Shown here one piece after another: positions 29,815 to 40,191 of a stretch of DNA of 64,000 bases. The stretch spans positions 384,001 through 448,000 of the forward strand of contig CAWHIJ010000003.1 of NCBI GenBank assembly GCA_963829525.1, written 5' to 3'. Both the position numbers and the translations under genes were made by a program. A model generated the notes under the pieces. That model ran no database searches. It had not been told where the DNA came from and worked only from the letters and a program-made list of their open reading frames with translations. This DNA comes from an uncultured Actinomycetota bacterium. GTDB taxonomy: Bacteria > Actinomycetota > Actinomycetes > JAHEKZ01. The first letter of the stretch is position 1. Each line of letters opens with the position of its first letter.

Positions 29815-29831
29815 TCGCCCGGTTGGGATGA
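29815..29831. promoter_or_regulatory. Imperfect palindrome TCGCCC-N5-GGATGA, possible LuxR/MalT-like site
   Basis: Located 23 bp upstream of a GATGAT putative -10 of the downstream small-protein operon. Confidence 0.4.
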
Positions 29832-29905
29832 AGCCCACGGTCGGGCGACGACGGGATGATGGTGGTGAGTGGGCGTCTGTGCCCAAGGTGAAACGGAGGG
29901 TCCTC

Positions 29906-30307
29906 ATGTCTCAGCAGGAGAACTACAGCGGCGGAGCAGTCGCCATGACCACCTTTGCCAGCGTCATGCTGATGATCGCGGGTGCATTCCAGTTCTTTGC
30001 CGGGCTGGCCGCCATCTTCAACGACGACAAGATGCTCGTCACCAAGGACTACGTCATCAGCCTCGATACGTCGGCATGGGGCTGGATCCACCTCTTGATC
30101 GGCCTCATCTTGTTCCTCGCGGGGGTGTCCCTCCTGAAAGGGGCCATTTGGGCTCGCACTGTGGCAGTGATCGTGGCGTCGGTGAGCGCCATCACGGCGT
30201 TCATCTGGTTGCCGGCGCAGCCCTTCTGGGGTTTGCTGATCATCGTCCTCGACATCTTCATCATCTGGGCGGTCACCGCGCACGGGCGCGACATCGCTAA
30301 GGTCTGA
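29906..30307 (+). CDS. DUF7144-like small 4-TM membrane protein
   Basis: Paralog of 8855-9256 (AWGWIHL, WARTVAV, IWAVTAHGRD), GGAGG RBS. Confidence 0.82.
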   Translation: MSQQENYSGGAVAMTTFASVMLMIAGAFQFFAGLAAIFNDDKMLVTKDYVISLDTSAWGWIHLLIGLILFLAGVSLLKGAIWARTVAVIVASVSAITAFIWLPAQPFWGLLIIVLDIFIIWAVTAHGRDIAKV

Positions 30308-30337
30308 CCAACAAGCACTCGAGTTAGGGAGCACCGA

Positions 30338-30775
30338 ATGACCGACGCCACTCTCGACGAGATGGGACCGATCGACTACGTGGTCATCGAGTTCCCCGGC
30401 AACAAGATGACCGGCGAGGGTCTTCCGATCCTTGTTGACCTGGTCGACCAGGGAGTCATCCGGCTGATCGACCTCGTGTTCTTCACCAAGGCCGACGACG
30501 GTTCGGTCGCGATGATTGAGATCGCGGACTTCGACGGTGACGGCGAGCTTGACATGGCGATCTTCGAGGGAGCCTCATCGGGCATCTTGGGTGAGGACGA
30601 CATCAACGAGGCCGCAGCGGCTGTCGAGGGCGGCAGTTCCGCGGCGCTCTTGGTCTATGAAAACCGTTGGGCGGCCCCCTTCGCGGCAGCTGTTCGCCGT
30701 GGTGGTGGCCAGCTGGTCGCTTTCGGCCGCATCCCCATTCAGGCTCTCGTCGCTGCACTCGACGCCGACGCCTGA
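30338..30775 (+). CDS. DUF6325/DUF1269-like acidic protein
   Basis: MGPIDYVVIEFPG..GVIRLIDL..LLVYENRWA..GRIP. Confidence 0.8.
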   Translation: MTDATLDEMGPIDYVVIEFPGNKMTGEGLPILVDLVDQGVIRLIDLVFFTKADDGSVAMIEIADFDGDGELDMAIFEGASSGILGEDDINEAAAAVEGGSSAALLVYENRWAAPFAAAVRRGGGQLVAFGRIPIQALVAALDADA

Positions 30776-30802
30776 TCACCATCTGACCTAGGAGGACACC
30801 TC

Positions 30803-31072
30803 ATGCCAGGACTCATTCGCGGGGTTGCTCGGACGGCTGTCGTCGCCGGAACCGCAACCCACGTCTCCAACAACGTGTCACGACGTCAGGCCAACAAGTG
30901 GGCCGCACAGAACGAGCAGGCGCAGCCCGAGCAGCAGTACGCGCCACCGCCACCTCCCGCGCCGGCAGCGCCAGACCCCATTGCGCAGCTCAAAGAACTC
31001 GGCGAGCTGCACGCATCAGGCGTTCTGACCGATGAAGAGTTCGCGGCGCAGAAGGCCAAGCTGCTCGCCTGA
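30803..31072 (+). CDS. SHOCT domain protein
   Basis: GLIRGVARTAVVAGTAT..LKELGELHASGVLTDEEFAAQKAKLL. Confidence 0.87.
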   Translation: MPGLIRGVARTAVVAGTATHVSNNVSRRQANKWAAQNEQAQPEQQYAPPPPPAPAAPDPIAQLKELGELHASGVLTDEEFAAQKAKLLA

Positions 31073-31087
31073 ACCGGCGAATGGCCG

Positions 31088-32059
31088 TCAGTCCGGGCGC
31101 TGTGGTCGTGGCCGCAGCCGCACCGGTGGCAGTTGTGGTGCGCGCATTGGCGATGAGTCGTCCTCGGCGACGGGTCCGAAGCGCCCTGAACCGGATGCCC
31201 AGTCGGTGCGGGCCTGAGCGACGTCTTCGTGGGTTCGTCCCACGAAGTTCCACCACATGAGCAGGTCCTCTTCGAAAGGGAGCCCGCCGATCAGCAGGAC
31301 GGTGGCCTTTGCGTCGACGGTCAAGCCCAGCTCATCGGCGCCGGGCGGAAGGTAGCGCAGTTTGCCGCGCTTGACCGACTCTTCCTCGACGCTCAACCCG
31401 TCAGAGAGTGCAAGCACGCCGTACTCGAATGTCGGCTCGATGGGTATTCGGTGACGTCCGAAAGACAGTCCGAGCTCGCTGCACACCAGCGGTGAGTAAG
31501 TCTGAGCCTTTGACTCCGCCCCGAGGAATTCCCCCATCACGACTCGGGCGCTGACGCCTTCGACGACGACCTGGGGAAGGTCCCCGTGGTGCTCGAAGTG
31601 CGGATCCTGGTGGCGTACGGCGTCTGGCAGGGCGATCCAGAGTTGGACGCCGTGAAGGGGCTGCTCGCCGACGGAATACTCCGAGTGAGCGATGCCCCGC
31701 CCTGCCGTCATGAGGTTCAGCTCGCCCGGAGCGATGTGTTGGATCGATCCGATGCTGTCGTGGTGGTCGACAGCTCCCGAGAGCAGCCATGACACCGTCT
31801 GCAGTCCGGCATGCGGGTGGGGAGGGACGACCATCGGATGACCGTCGTCACCGACGGTTGGTGAAGGCCCGTAGTGGTCGACGAAGCAGAAAGGACCGAT
31901 CGTGCGAAGGGCGCGGTGCGGGAGCGTACGCCGAACCAGCATCGCCCGGGGTCCACCGAGCGGCACCTCGCGTGGCTCGAGCGTTGCGGGGCGCATGGTC
32001 ATGTCGAGATCAAACCCCGTGATGCCGGACGTGTCCATGTCTGGCGGTTGTTGCTTCAC
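31088..32059 (-). CDS. Pirin family protein
   Basis: GPFCFVDH, HPHAGLQTV, MTAGRGIAHSE, VQLW, WWNFV. Start uncertain. Confidence 0.9.
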   Translation of the reverse strand: MKQQPPDMDTSGITGFDLDMTMRPATLEPREVPLGGPRAMLVRRTLPHRALRTIGPFCFVDHYGPSPTVGDDGHPMVVPPHPHAGLQTVSWLLSGAVDHHDSIGSIQHIAPGELNLMTAGRGIAHSEYSVGEQPLHGVQLWIALPDAVRHQDPHFEHHGDLPQVVVEGVSARVVMGEFLGAESKAQTYSPLVCSELGLSFGRHRIPIEPTFEYGVLALSDGLSVEEESVKRGKLRYLPPGADELGLTVDAKATVLLIGGLPFEEDLLMWWNFVGRTHEDVAQARTDWASGSGRFGPVAEDDSSPMRAPQLPPVRLRPRPQRPD

Positions 32060-32082
32060 GACCTTGCTGGCAAGGTGACCAG

Positions 32083-33888
32083 GTGACTCATGAGCCGATG
32101 CCTCTCTGGGAGCAGCGACTGCGCGCCCCTCAGATCCCGCCGTGGACCCTCTCGGGGGCGTCAGCCGTCTGGGCTCGAGACGCGTCCGCGCCAGCCGTCG
32201 TGATGGCGAACATCAGTGGACGCATCGAAGTGCATGCCTACACGCCTGGAAGTGCCCCCGCACCACTCACGCAGATCACCGATCGACCACAGGGAACGCT
32301 CGGTGCGGTCGTGTCGCCGAACGGTGATGCGGTTCTGTGGTTCGACGACACCGCTGGCGATGAGGTAGGGCGGTGGGTTCGTCAGCCCATCGGCGATGCC
32401 GCTGCAACCGTTCTTGCAGCCGAGCTGCCTGCAGGGTTCATGGCAGGCATTGCGCCATGTTCTGATGGAGGGGCTGTCATCGGATACCTCGGGCAAAGCG
32501 GCACCACGATCATCCGAGCTGACGCCCACGGGGCTGCTCACGTCGTGGCGGAGTTCGCTGACCCTGGCCAGATCATCGCAACAGATGGCTCCGACGAGTA
32601 CGTGCTCGTCGCCGTGGCACCTGGTGGCGACTGGCTGCACATGGGAACGCAGGTGGTCCGCATCGCCGATGGCGCGGCAGTAGCCCAGCGGGCGATCGAC
32701 GGCTCCAGCGTTCTCCCGGTTGGGTTCGCGCCGGGCGACGCTGACCGCGTCCTGCTCACCGACGACTCGTCGGGGCAGGTCCGTCCTGTCATCTGGACGC
32801 TCGTCGATGACTCGGTGCAGCTCATCGAGATCGACGCTGCCGGTGAGGCGGAAGCGACCTGGTACCCGGACGGAGCTGCGCTGCTCGTCACGGTTCTCGA
32901 GAACGCTCGGCACACACTGCAGCGCCTTGATCTCGAGTCGGGCGGCAGGACCTCGATCCCCACGCCGAAAGGGTGCATCAGTGCAGCCTCCGTGCGGCCT
33001 GACGGTGAGATCCATGCCCTCATCTCCAGTGCTAACAGGGCGCCGATGGTCTACCGACTGGATGCAGCAGAGGCGCAGCCGTTGGTCATGTTGCCGCCCC
33101 CGTCTCCACCACCAACGGTCGAGGTCCAGGACGTCTTCGCGGATGGCCCGGGAGGCCGAGTGCACGCTCTCGTGCGCCTTCCACCCGGTCGGACGGGGTC
33201 GCTGCCGACGGTGATCAACGTTCACGGAGGCCCGACTTTTCAGGACTACGACCTGTGGCACACGACCACGGCGTCGCTCGTTGACCTCGGGTACGCGACA
33301 GTAAGCGTGAACTACCGCGGGTCAACCGGCTACGGATCGGAGTGGCGAAACGCCCTCAAGGGAAGGCTCGGATTCATCGAGCTGGAGGACATCACCGCGG
33401 TGGTCGATCACTTGGTGGCCGAAGGGGTCGTCGACCCTCAGCGGGTCTCGATCGCCGGAGGCTCGTGGGGCGGGTTTGTGACACTGATGGCCTTGGGAAC
33501 ACAGCCAGAGCGTTGGCGCTCTGGTGTGGCTTTGGTCCCGGTGGCTGACCAAGTCAAGTGCGCGGAGGTCTCCCCACCCTTCATGCAGGCGTATCTCGAT
33601 ACGTTGATCGGCGGCACGATGGATGACGCCAGGGAGCAGTACCTAGCCTCGTCACCGATCAGCTACGTGGCCGACGTCCGCGCGCCGGTGTTCGTCAGCG
33701 CCGGAATCAATGATCCCCGGTGCCCGGTCGAGCAAGTGGATACCTACGTTGATGCCCTGCGGGCGAGGGGCGGTGAGGTGCAGTACCACCGCATCGACAC
33801 TGGCCACGCTGTCCCCGACGTCGACACGATGGTGGACGAACTGCAGCGCGTCTTCGACTTTCTGAGGCGGACCAACCCCCCTGACTGA
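32083..33888 (+). CDS. S9 family prolyl oligopeptidase/acylaminoacyl peptidase
   Basis: HGGP, NYRGSTGYG, GGSWGG nucleophile, NDPRC, GH. Confidence 0.9.
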   Translation: MTHEPMPLWEQRLRAPQIPPWTLSGASAVWARDASAPAVVMANISGRIEVHAYTPGSAPAPLTQITDRPQGTLGAVVSPNGDAVLWFDDTAGDEVGRWVRQPIGDAAATVLAAELPAGFMAGIAPCSDGGAVIGYLGQSGTTIIRADAHGAAHVVAEFADPGQIIATDGSDEYVLVAVAPGGDWLHMGTQVVRIADGAAVAQRAIDGSSVLPVGFAPGDADRVLLTDDSSGQVRPVIWTLVDDSVQLIEIDAAGEAEATWYPDGAALLVTVLENARHTLQRLDLESGGRTSIPTPKGCISAASVRPDGEIHALISSANRAPMVYRLDAAEAQPLVMLPPPSPPPTVEVQDVFADGPGGRVHALVRLPPGRTGSLPTVINVHGGPTFQDYDLWHTTTASLVDLGYATVSVNYRGSTGYGSEWRNALKGRLGFIELEDITAVVDHLVAEGVVDPQRVSIAGGSWGGFVTLMALGTQPERWRSGVALVPVADQVKCAEVSPPFMQAYLDTLIGGTMDDAREQYLASSPISYVADVRAPVFVSAGINDPRCPVEQVDTYVDALRARGGEVQYHRIDTGHAVPDVDTMVDELQRVFDFLRRTNPPD

Positions 33889-33907
33889 TCGACGTCAGAT
33901 TTGCGCG

Positions 33908-35041
<1,134 letters not shown>

Positions 35042-35061
35042 GGCCACCTCATGCGGGTTCA

Positions 35062-35171
35062 TGAGCGTTTCGCTCACTCAATGCAGGAGTCTGCCGCATC
35101 AGAGCGCCGATTGACCAGTACCTCGTGCAGGTTCTTGACAGAATCGAGCAGAAACGAGCATGATCACGAGC
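35062..35171. promoter_or_regulatory. Divergent promoter region with putative DeoR operators
   Basis: TGAGCG-TTT-CGCTCA palindrome (35062-35076); TTGACA (35135), N18, CATGAT; tandem GAATCGAGCA/GAAACGAGCA repeats in the spacer. Confidence 0.6.
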
Positions 35172-35951
35172 ATGGCGAGCCGGGCGACCCTTCGCGTCAG
35201 CAGGTTGACGCAGATCCAGCAGATGCTCGAGGACGACGACGCCGTCACCGTCGGACAGCTCACCGACCGCCTCGGCGTCAGCGAGGCAACCGTTCGACGT
35301 GACCTCGATGCCCTGCAGCGCTCAGGCTTCGTGCAGCGCACCCATGGTGGAGCGGTGGCGACCCAGATCCATGAGCTCCCGTATCCGGCCCGTGGCTCGC
35401 GCCGGATCCCCGAGAAGCGCGCGATCGCGCGAGCAGCGGTTGCCCTCATCGAGCCGGAGGAAACCCTGTTCCTCGGTGGGGGTTCGACGACGCTGCACCT
35501 GGCCGAGCAGCTCGTGGACGCCGACGTCACCGTCGTGACGAACTCGCTGCCCGTGGCCACCGAGCTGTCCAGAGGACGTCGGGGTCAGGTGATCGTGATT
35601 GGCGGAACACTGCGCAGCCCTGAGCAGTCGATGGTCGGCCCCCGCGCAGTTGAGGCGATTGGGTCTTATCGCGCCTCCATCGCGTTTCTGGGCGTTCCGG
35701 CGATCGACAGCGAGCATGGGTTCACCGCCGACGGCGACGTCGAGGCGGCGACAGACCTGGCCTTCATTGAGAACGCGCAGCGATGCATCGTGCTGGCTGA
35801 CCACACCAAGCTGGGCAGAGTCTCCACCACGCATGTCGTCCAACTCTCGGCGATCGATACCGTCGTGACCGATACCGGTGCTGCCACGCAGGTGATTGCT
35901 GATCTGCGGAGCGCCGGAACCAATGTCATCGTTGCGGAGCTGACGCCATGA
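35172..35951 (+). CDS. DeoR/GlpR family transcriptional regulator
   Basis: VSEATVRRDL..RTHGGA HTH, GGGSTT, VVTNS, ADHTKL. Probably leaderless at 35172. Confidence 0.92.
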   Translation: MASRATLRVSRLTQIQQMLEDDDAVTVGQLTDRLGVSEATVRRDLDALQRSGFVQRTHGGAVATQIHELPYPARGSRRIPEKRAIARAAVALIEPEETLFLGGGSTTLHLAEQLVDADVTVVTNSLPVATELSRGRRGQVIVIGGTLRSPEQSMVGPRAVEAIGSYRASIAFLGVPAIDSEHGFTADGDVEAATDLAFIENAQRCIVLADHTKLGRVSTTHVVQLSAIDTVVTDTGAATQVIADLRSAGTNVIVAELTP

Positions 35952-36970
35952 GCACCCACACTGAGCAGGAGATCCTCTCTCAACCCGGCGTTTGGCAGCA
36001 GACCATCGATGCGCTGGACCCGATGACTTTCACACAGCCGTTTCACGACGGCATCACCGACGTCCTGGTCACCGGATGTGGATCGACGCACTACTTGGCC
36101 ATGTCCGCAGCTGCACTCTTCCGCGAGGCCGGACTCCGCGCGTGGGCGCTCCCCGCATCCGAGCTGATCGCGCAGGCGGAGCCGAGGCTTGCCAACCCCG
36201 GTGGCACCCTTCTCGTTGCCATCTCGCGCTCGGGCACGACGACAGAGACCGTGATGGCCGCCGAGCATTTCCGCAGGATGGGTGGGCGCTCGGTCGCGGT
36301 CATCACCTGCTACCCGGACTCCACGCTCGCCGAGGTGGCCGACGTCGTGTGGGCAGCTCCGGCGGCAGCTGAGCAGTCGGTGGCACAAACCCGCTCGTTC
36401 ACGTCGATGCAGTTGATCGTTTCGGCCATTGCAGGAGCGTTGCGCGGTGGCGATCTCTCAGCCCTTCACGCCCTCCCGTCCGCAGCCTCGGCAATCCTGA
36501 CCAGATCGCGTCCGCTCATGTCCTCGCTGGCCCGAGATGAGGCCAACGAGTCGTTCTTCTTCCTGGGGTCAGGGGCGCTCTACGGGATCGCCTCGGAAGG
36601 GATGCTGAAGCTCAAGGAGATGTCGCTCACCGGCTCAGAGGCGTACCACGCCATGGAGTTTCGGCACGGTCCCATATCGATGTGCGATGACAAGGCTGCC
36701 GTCATCGCCCTGGTCTCACCGCAGCGAGCTTCGCTCGAAGAGGCCGTCCTGAAGGACATCAGTCCTTTCGGATCGCGCCTGGTCACGGTCGGCCTCGAGG
36801 GCCACCACCAGATCCCCGGTGACATCCCAGGCTGGGCGTCAACAGCCCTCTACCTCCTTCCCCTGCAGTTGCTGGCCCTCGAACGAGCACTGCATAAAGG
36901 CCTGGACCCTGATCAACCTCGACATCTGACCGCCGTCATTCACCTGGACGAGTCGCCTGACGCGTCCTGA
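35948..36970 (+). CDS. Double SIS-domain aminosugar/sugar-phosphate isomerase (AgaS/GlmS-C-like)
   Basis: EILSQP, GCGST, SRSGTT, QTRSF, LKLKEMS, EFRHGP, GLDPDQPRHL. No glutaminase domain. Confidence 0.85.
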   Translation: MSTHTEQEILSQPGVWQQTIDALDPMTFTQPFHDGITDVLVTGCGSTHYLAMSAAALFREAGLRAWALPASELIAQAEPRLANPGGTLLVAISRSGTTTETVMAAEHFRRMGGRSVAVITCYPDSTLAEVADVVWAAPAAAEQSVAQTRSFTSMQLIVSAIAGALRGGDLSALHALPSAASAILTRSRPLMSSLARDEANESFFFLGSGALYGIASEGMLKLKEMSLTGSEAYHAMEFRHGPISMCDDKAAVIALVSPQRASLEEAVLKDISPFGSRLVTVGLEGHHQIPGDIPGWASTALYLLPLQLLALERALHKGLDPDQPRHLTAVIHLDESPDAS

Positions 36971-36982
36971 GGAGGAGGAACC

Positions 36983-38269
36983 ATGAAGAGTGCACGGAGC
37001 ATGGCCATCGGAGTAGTGGTGTTGGCGCTGCTCGCCGCCGGATGCACCTCTTCGGGCGATGGCGAGGACACGGCCGCACCCGGGGGGTCGGTCACGGTGT
37101 GGACGCACGTCAACAAGTCGTTCAACAAGGCGTACCAGAAGCTCGGGGATGCCTACATGGCTGAGAACCCGGGCACCGAGATCAAGTTCGAGACGTTCGA
37201 CTACGACAGCTACATCCAGACGTTGCAGACCTCGCTACCAGCTGGCAACGAAGCAGACATCCTGCAGATGTTCGGCAGCTGGACCTGCAGCTACGCCGAC
37301 AACCTGTCGACGGTTCCTGAGAACATCTCGACCATGAAAGAGGCCGAGGACGCGTTCTTCCCTGGTCCGCTCGGCGGGTACCAGTGCGACGATCAGTTGT
37401 ACGGGATGCCACAGGAGTCGAATGTCGAGTACGGGGCGACTCTCGTCAACACCGCCATGGCCGAGGACGCCGGTGTCGCTCTCGACGGTTGGGCAAACTT
37501 CGACGAGTTCAAGGCTGACGCGAAGAAGTTGACGGTGGTTGACAATGGCTCGATCACACGGGCCGGCTACCACTTCACCACCAACGACGGGATCTCCTAC
37601 ACCCTGCTGTCGCTCATTCTCCAGAACGGCGGCAGCTACCTCGCCGAAGACGGCACGTTCACCTTCCAGACGCCGGAGGCTCAGGCATCGATGGAGTTGA
37701 TGAAGAGTTTCGTCGATGAGCAGATCGTTGACCCAACGCTCTTCACCGACACCGCGAACTGGGTGGGCGACTGCTTTTTCACTGAGCTCTGCGCGATGGG
37801 GTTGGTGGGTCCATGGGTGGTTCCTGAGTACGCAACGGACTTCCCGGATGTCGTGGCGAACACCGAGTATGTCCCACTCCCGACGCTGGAGAACAACAGT
37901 TTCGCAGCTGACTCCGGGTGGGGCCTCGCGGTGTCGTCCAACAGTCCAGAGCAGGAGTTGGCCTGGGACTTCGTGGCGTACGTCGCGCAGAACGACAAGA
38001 ACGCCCTGGACTGGAACCTCGCGACCGGGACCCTGCCGGCGCTGAAGGCGAATACCCAGGGGGACGCCCGTGACCAGCTACTCGCCGATGCCGCCTACCT
38101 TGCCCCGTGGCTGGACATCCTGGGCGACGCCAAGTACATCGGCAGTCTGCCGGACCGCGACCGGCTGTTCTACCGGGTCATCGTTCCCAACGTGCTTGAC
38201 TACCTCAACGGGCAGACGAGCGTCGAGGATGCATTGGCCGCTATCGAACAGGAGGCCAACTCCCTCTAG
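36983..38269 (+). CDS. Sugar ABC transporter substrate-binding lipoprotein
   Basis: LAAGC lipobox, CUT1-type motifs (LYGMP, GPW, GWGLAV, AWDFV). Confidence 0.88.
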   Translation: MKSARSMAIGVVVLALLAAGCTSSGDGEDTAAPGGSVTVWTHVNKSFNKAYQKLGDAYMAENPGTEIKFETFDYDSYIQTLQTSLPAGNEADILQMFGSWTCSYADNLSTVPENISTMKEAEDAFFPGPLGGYQCDDQLYGMPQESNVEYGATLVNTAMAEDAGVALDGWANFDEFKADAKKLTVVDNGSITRAGYHFTTNDGISYTLLSLILQNGGSYLAEDGTFTFQTPEAQASMELMKSFVDEQIVDPTLFTDTANWVGDCFFTELCAMGLVGPWVVPEYATDFPDVVANTEYVPLPTLENNSFAADSGWGLAVSSNSPEQELAWDFVAYVAQNDKNALDWNLATGTLPALKANTQGDARDQLLADAAYLAPWLDILGDAKYIGSLPDRDRLFYRVIVPNVLDYLNGQTSVEDALAAIEQEANSL

Positions 38270-38286
38270 CCAGGGAGATCATCGTC

Positions 38287-39300
38287 ATGGCCATCGAAGC
38301 CGTGGAACGACCCCCGACGACCGGCCCTCCCAAGGACCGGTCGCGGGGGTCGCTCACGGCACCTCAGAACCGGTTCCGGCGCATCGTGCTGGGGCCGATC
38401 ATCCTGTACCTGGCTTTCTTCACCCTGCTTCCGCTCGTGTGGGTATTCGCACTCTCGCTCTTCAACTACAGCCCTCGCCGGGAAGGCGCGAGCATCGGTG
38501 GCCTTGGCGGCGACAACCCATTCGTCGGGCTGGAGAACTTCCAGCAGCTCTTCGATTTCTCGAACCCTTCGCAGTTGGCGCAGACCTTCCACACCGCCGT
38601 CGTCGTGACACTCGTCTTTGCCTTTATCGTGCTGCCGCTCAACCTGCTGATCACCTTGCCGCTCGCGGTCATGATCGAGGCAGCCGCACGACGACTTCGC
38701 CCGTTGCTGCGCACGGTCTTCTTCATGCCGGTGCTCACCTCCGCAGTCGCCGTTGCGGTCATCTGGCAGTACGTACTCAATCCGCAGTACGGGTTGCTCA
38801 ACGGCATCTTGACGAAGATCACCGGAGAGACCACGGTCATCTCCTGGCTGAACGACCCGTCGCTGACGGTCGCCGGAGTTCCGGTGGCGCTCCTCGCGGT
38901 CACGGCCGCCTACCTCTGGATGGACATCGGCTACAACCTGGTGATCTTCATCGCTGCCCTACAGGGCATCCCGAAGCAGCTCACGGAGGCGTCCCTGCTC
39001 GATGGTGCCAACGCCTGGCAGCGGTTCTGGCACGTCACGCTGCCCTTGCTCAAGCCGACCATCCTGCTGACCGCGATCCTCACGATGATCTCGTCATTCC
39101 AGGCCTTTGATCTCTTCCAAGTGATGACCCTGGGTAACCCCGACAATCAGACGCGGGTGCTTCCCCTCGACATCTACCAGAACGCATTCACCTTCCAGGC
39201 CATGGGCTGGGCCGCTGCCGAGTCGTTGGTGCTGCTGGCGATCGTCCTGCTCATCACGCTAATCCAGTCCCGCATGCTGCGCACGAAGTGGTCGTACTGA
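38287..39300 (+). CDS. Sugar ABC transporter permease
   Basis: FVGLENF, EASLLDGANAWQRFWHVTLP. Confidence 0.9.
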   Translation: MAIEAVERPPTTGPPKDRSRGSLTAPQNRFRRIVLGPIILYLAFFTLLPLVWVFALSLFNYSPRREGASIGGLGGDNPFVGLENFQQLFDFSNPSQLAQTFHTAVVVTLVFAFIVLPLNLLITLPLAVMIEAAARRLRPLLRTVFFMPVLTSAVAVAVIWQYVLNPQYGLLNGILTKITGETTVISWLNDPSLTVAGVPVALLAVTAAYLWMDIGYNLVIFIAALQGIPKQLTEASLLDGANAWQRFWHVTLPLLKPTILLTAILTMISSFQAFDLFQVMTLGNPDNQTRVLPLDIYQNAFTFQAMGWAAAESLVLLAIVLLITLIQSRMLRTKWSY

Positions 39301-40190
39301 TGGCGACGCTCGCTGCAGCTGAGAAGATACGTCCGGAAGCCGTCACGGTCGTCAAGCCTCCACGCCGGCCACCGCCTGTCGGACGCGTGATGCTTTACCT
39401 CGTTCTGGCTATTGGCGCCGTCATCGCCGCCCTTCCGTTCTTCTGGATGGTCTTCGGAGCCTTCAAGACCGGTGCGGAGATCCGCCAGATCCCGCCCACC
39501 TTCGTGCCGCAGGACTGGACGCTAGACAACTTCAGCACCATTCTCAACGACCCTGGGCTGCCCCTCACCACCTTCTACCGGAACTCGCTGTTCGTCGCAC
39601 TGACGAATGTGGTCGTGACACTGTTCACGTCCTCCATCCTTGGTTTCATCTTTGCCAAGTACGTCTTCCGGGGACGCGACATCCTCTTCTGGTACCTGAT
39701 GGCGATGATGATGGTGCCGCCGAGCGTGCTGATGATCCCCAACTACCTGATCCTCAGCAAAATCGGCCTGCTCAACAACCTGTGGGGTCTGGTCATCACT
39801 GTTGCCGTCGACCCGTTTGCGATCCTGATCATGCGCCAGTTCATCCGGTCGCTGCCCGATGAGCAGATCGAGTCGGCGCGAGTCGATGGTGCATCGGAGT
39901 TCCGGATCTACTGGTCAGTGGTCCTTCCTCAGGTCAAGCCGGCACTGGCGACCTTGGGGCTTCTCACTTTCATGTTCAACTGGAACGCCTACCTGTGGCC
40001 GCTGATCGTGCTGACGGAGAACAGCAAGCGCACGATCCCGGTGATCTTGTCCTGGTACTCGACGCAGCATTCGGCTCAGCTGAACCTCGTCATGGCGGCG
40101 TCTGTGCTGATGGTGGTACCGGTGCTGCTCGTCTTTCTCGCCACCCAACGATGGATCGTCCAAGGGCTCACCCTGTCCGGAGGTAAGTGA
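39300..40190 (+). CDS. Sugar ABC transporter permease
   Basis: ESARVDGASEFRIYWSVVLP, WNAYLWP. Confidence 0.9.
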   Translation: MATLAAAEKIRPEAVTVVKPPRRPPPVGRVMLYLVLAIGAVIAALPFFWMVFGAFKTGAEIRQIPPTFVPQDWTLDNFSTILNDPGLPLTTFYRNSLFVALTNVVVTLFTSSILGFIFAKYVFRGRDILFWYLMAMMMVPPSVLMIPNYLILSKIGLLNNLWGLVITVAVDPFAILIMRQFIRSLPDEQIESARVDGASEFRIYWSVVLPQVKPALATLGLLTFMFNWNAYLWPLIVLTENSKRTIPVILSWYSTQHSAQLNLVMAASVLMVVPVLLVFLATQRWIVQGLTLSGGK

Positions 40191-40191
40191 C

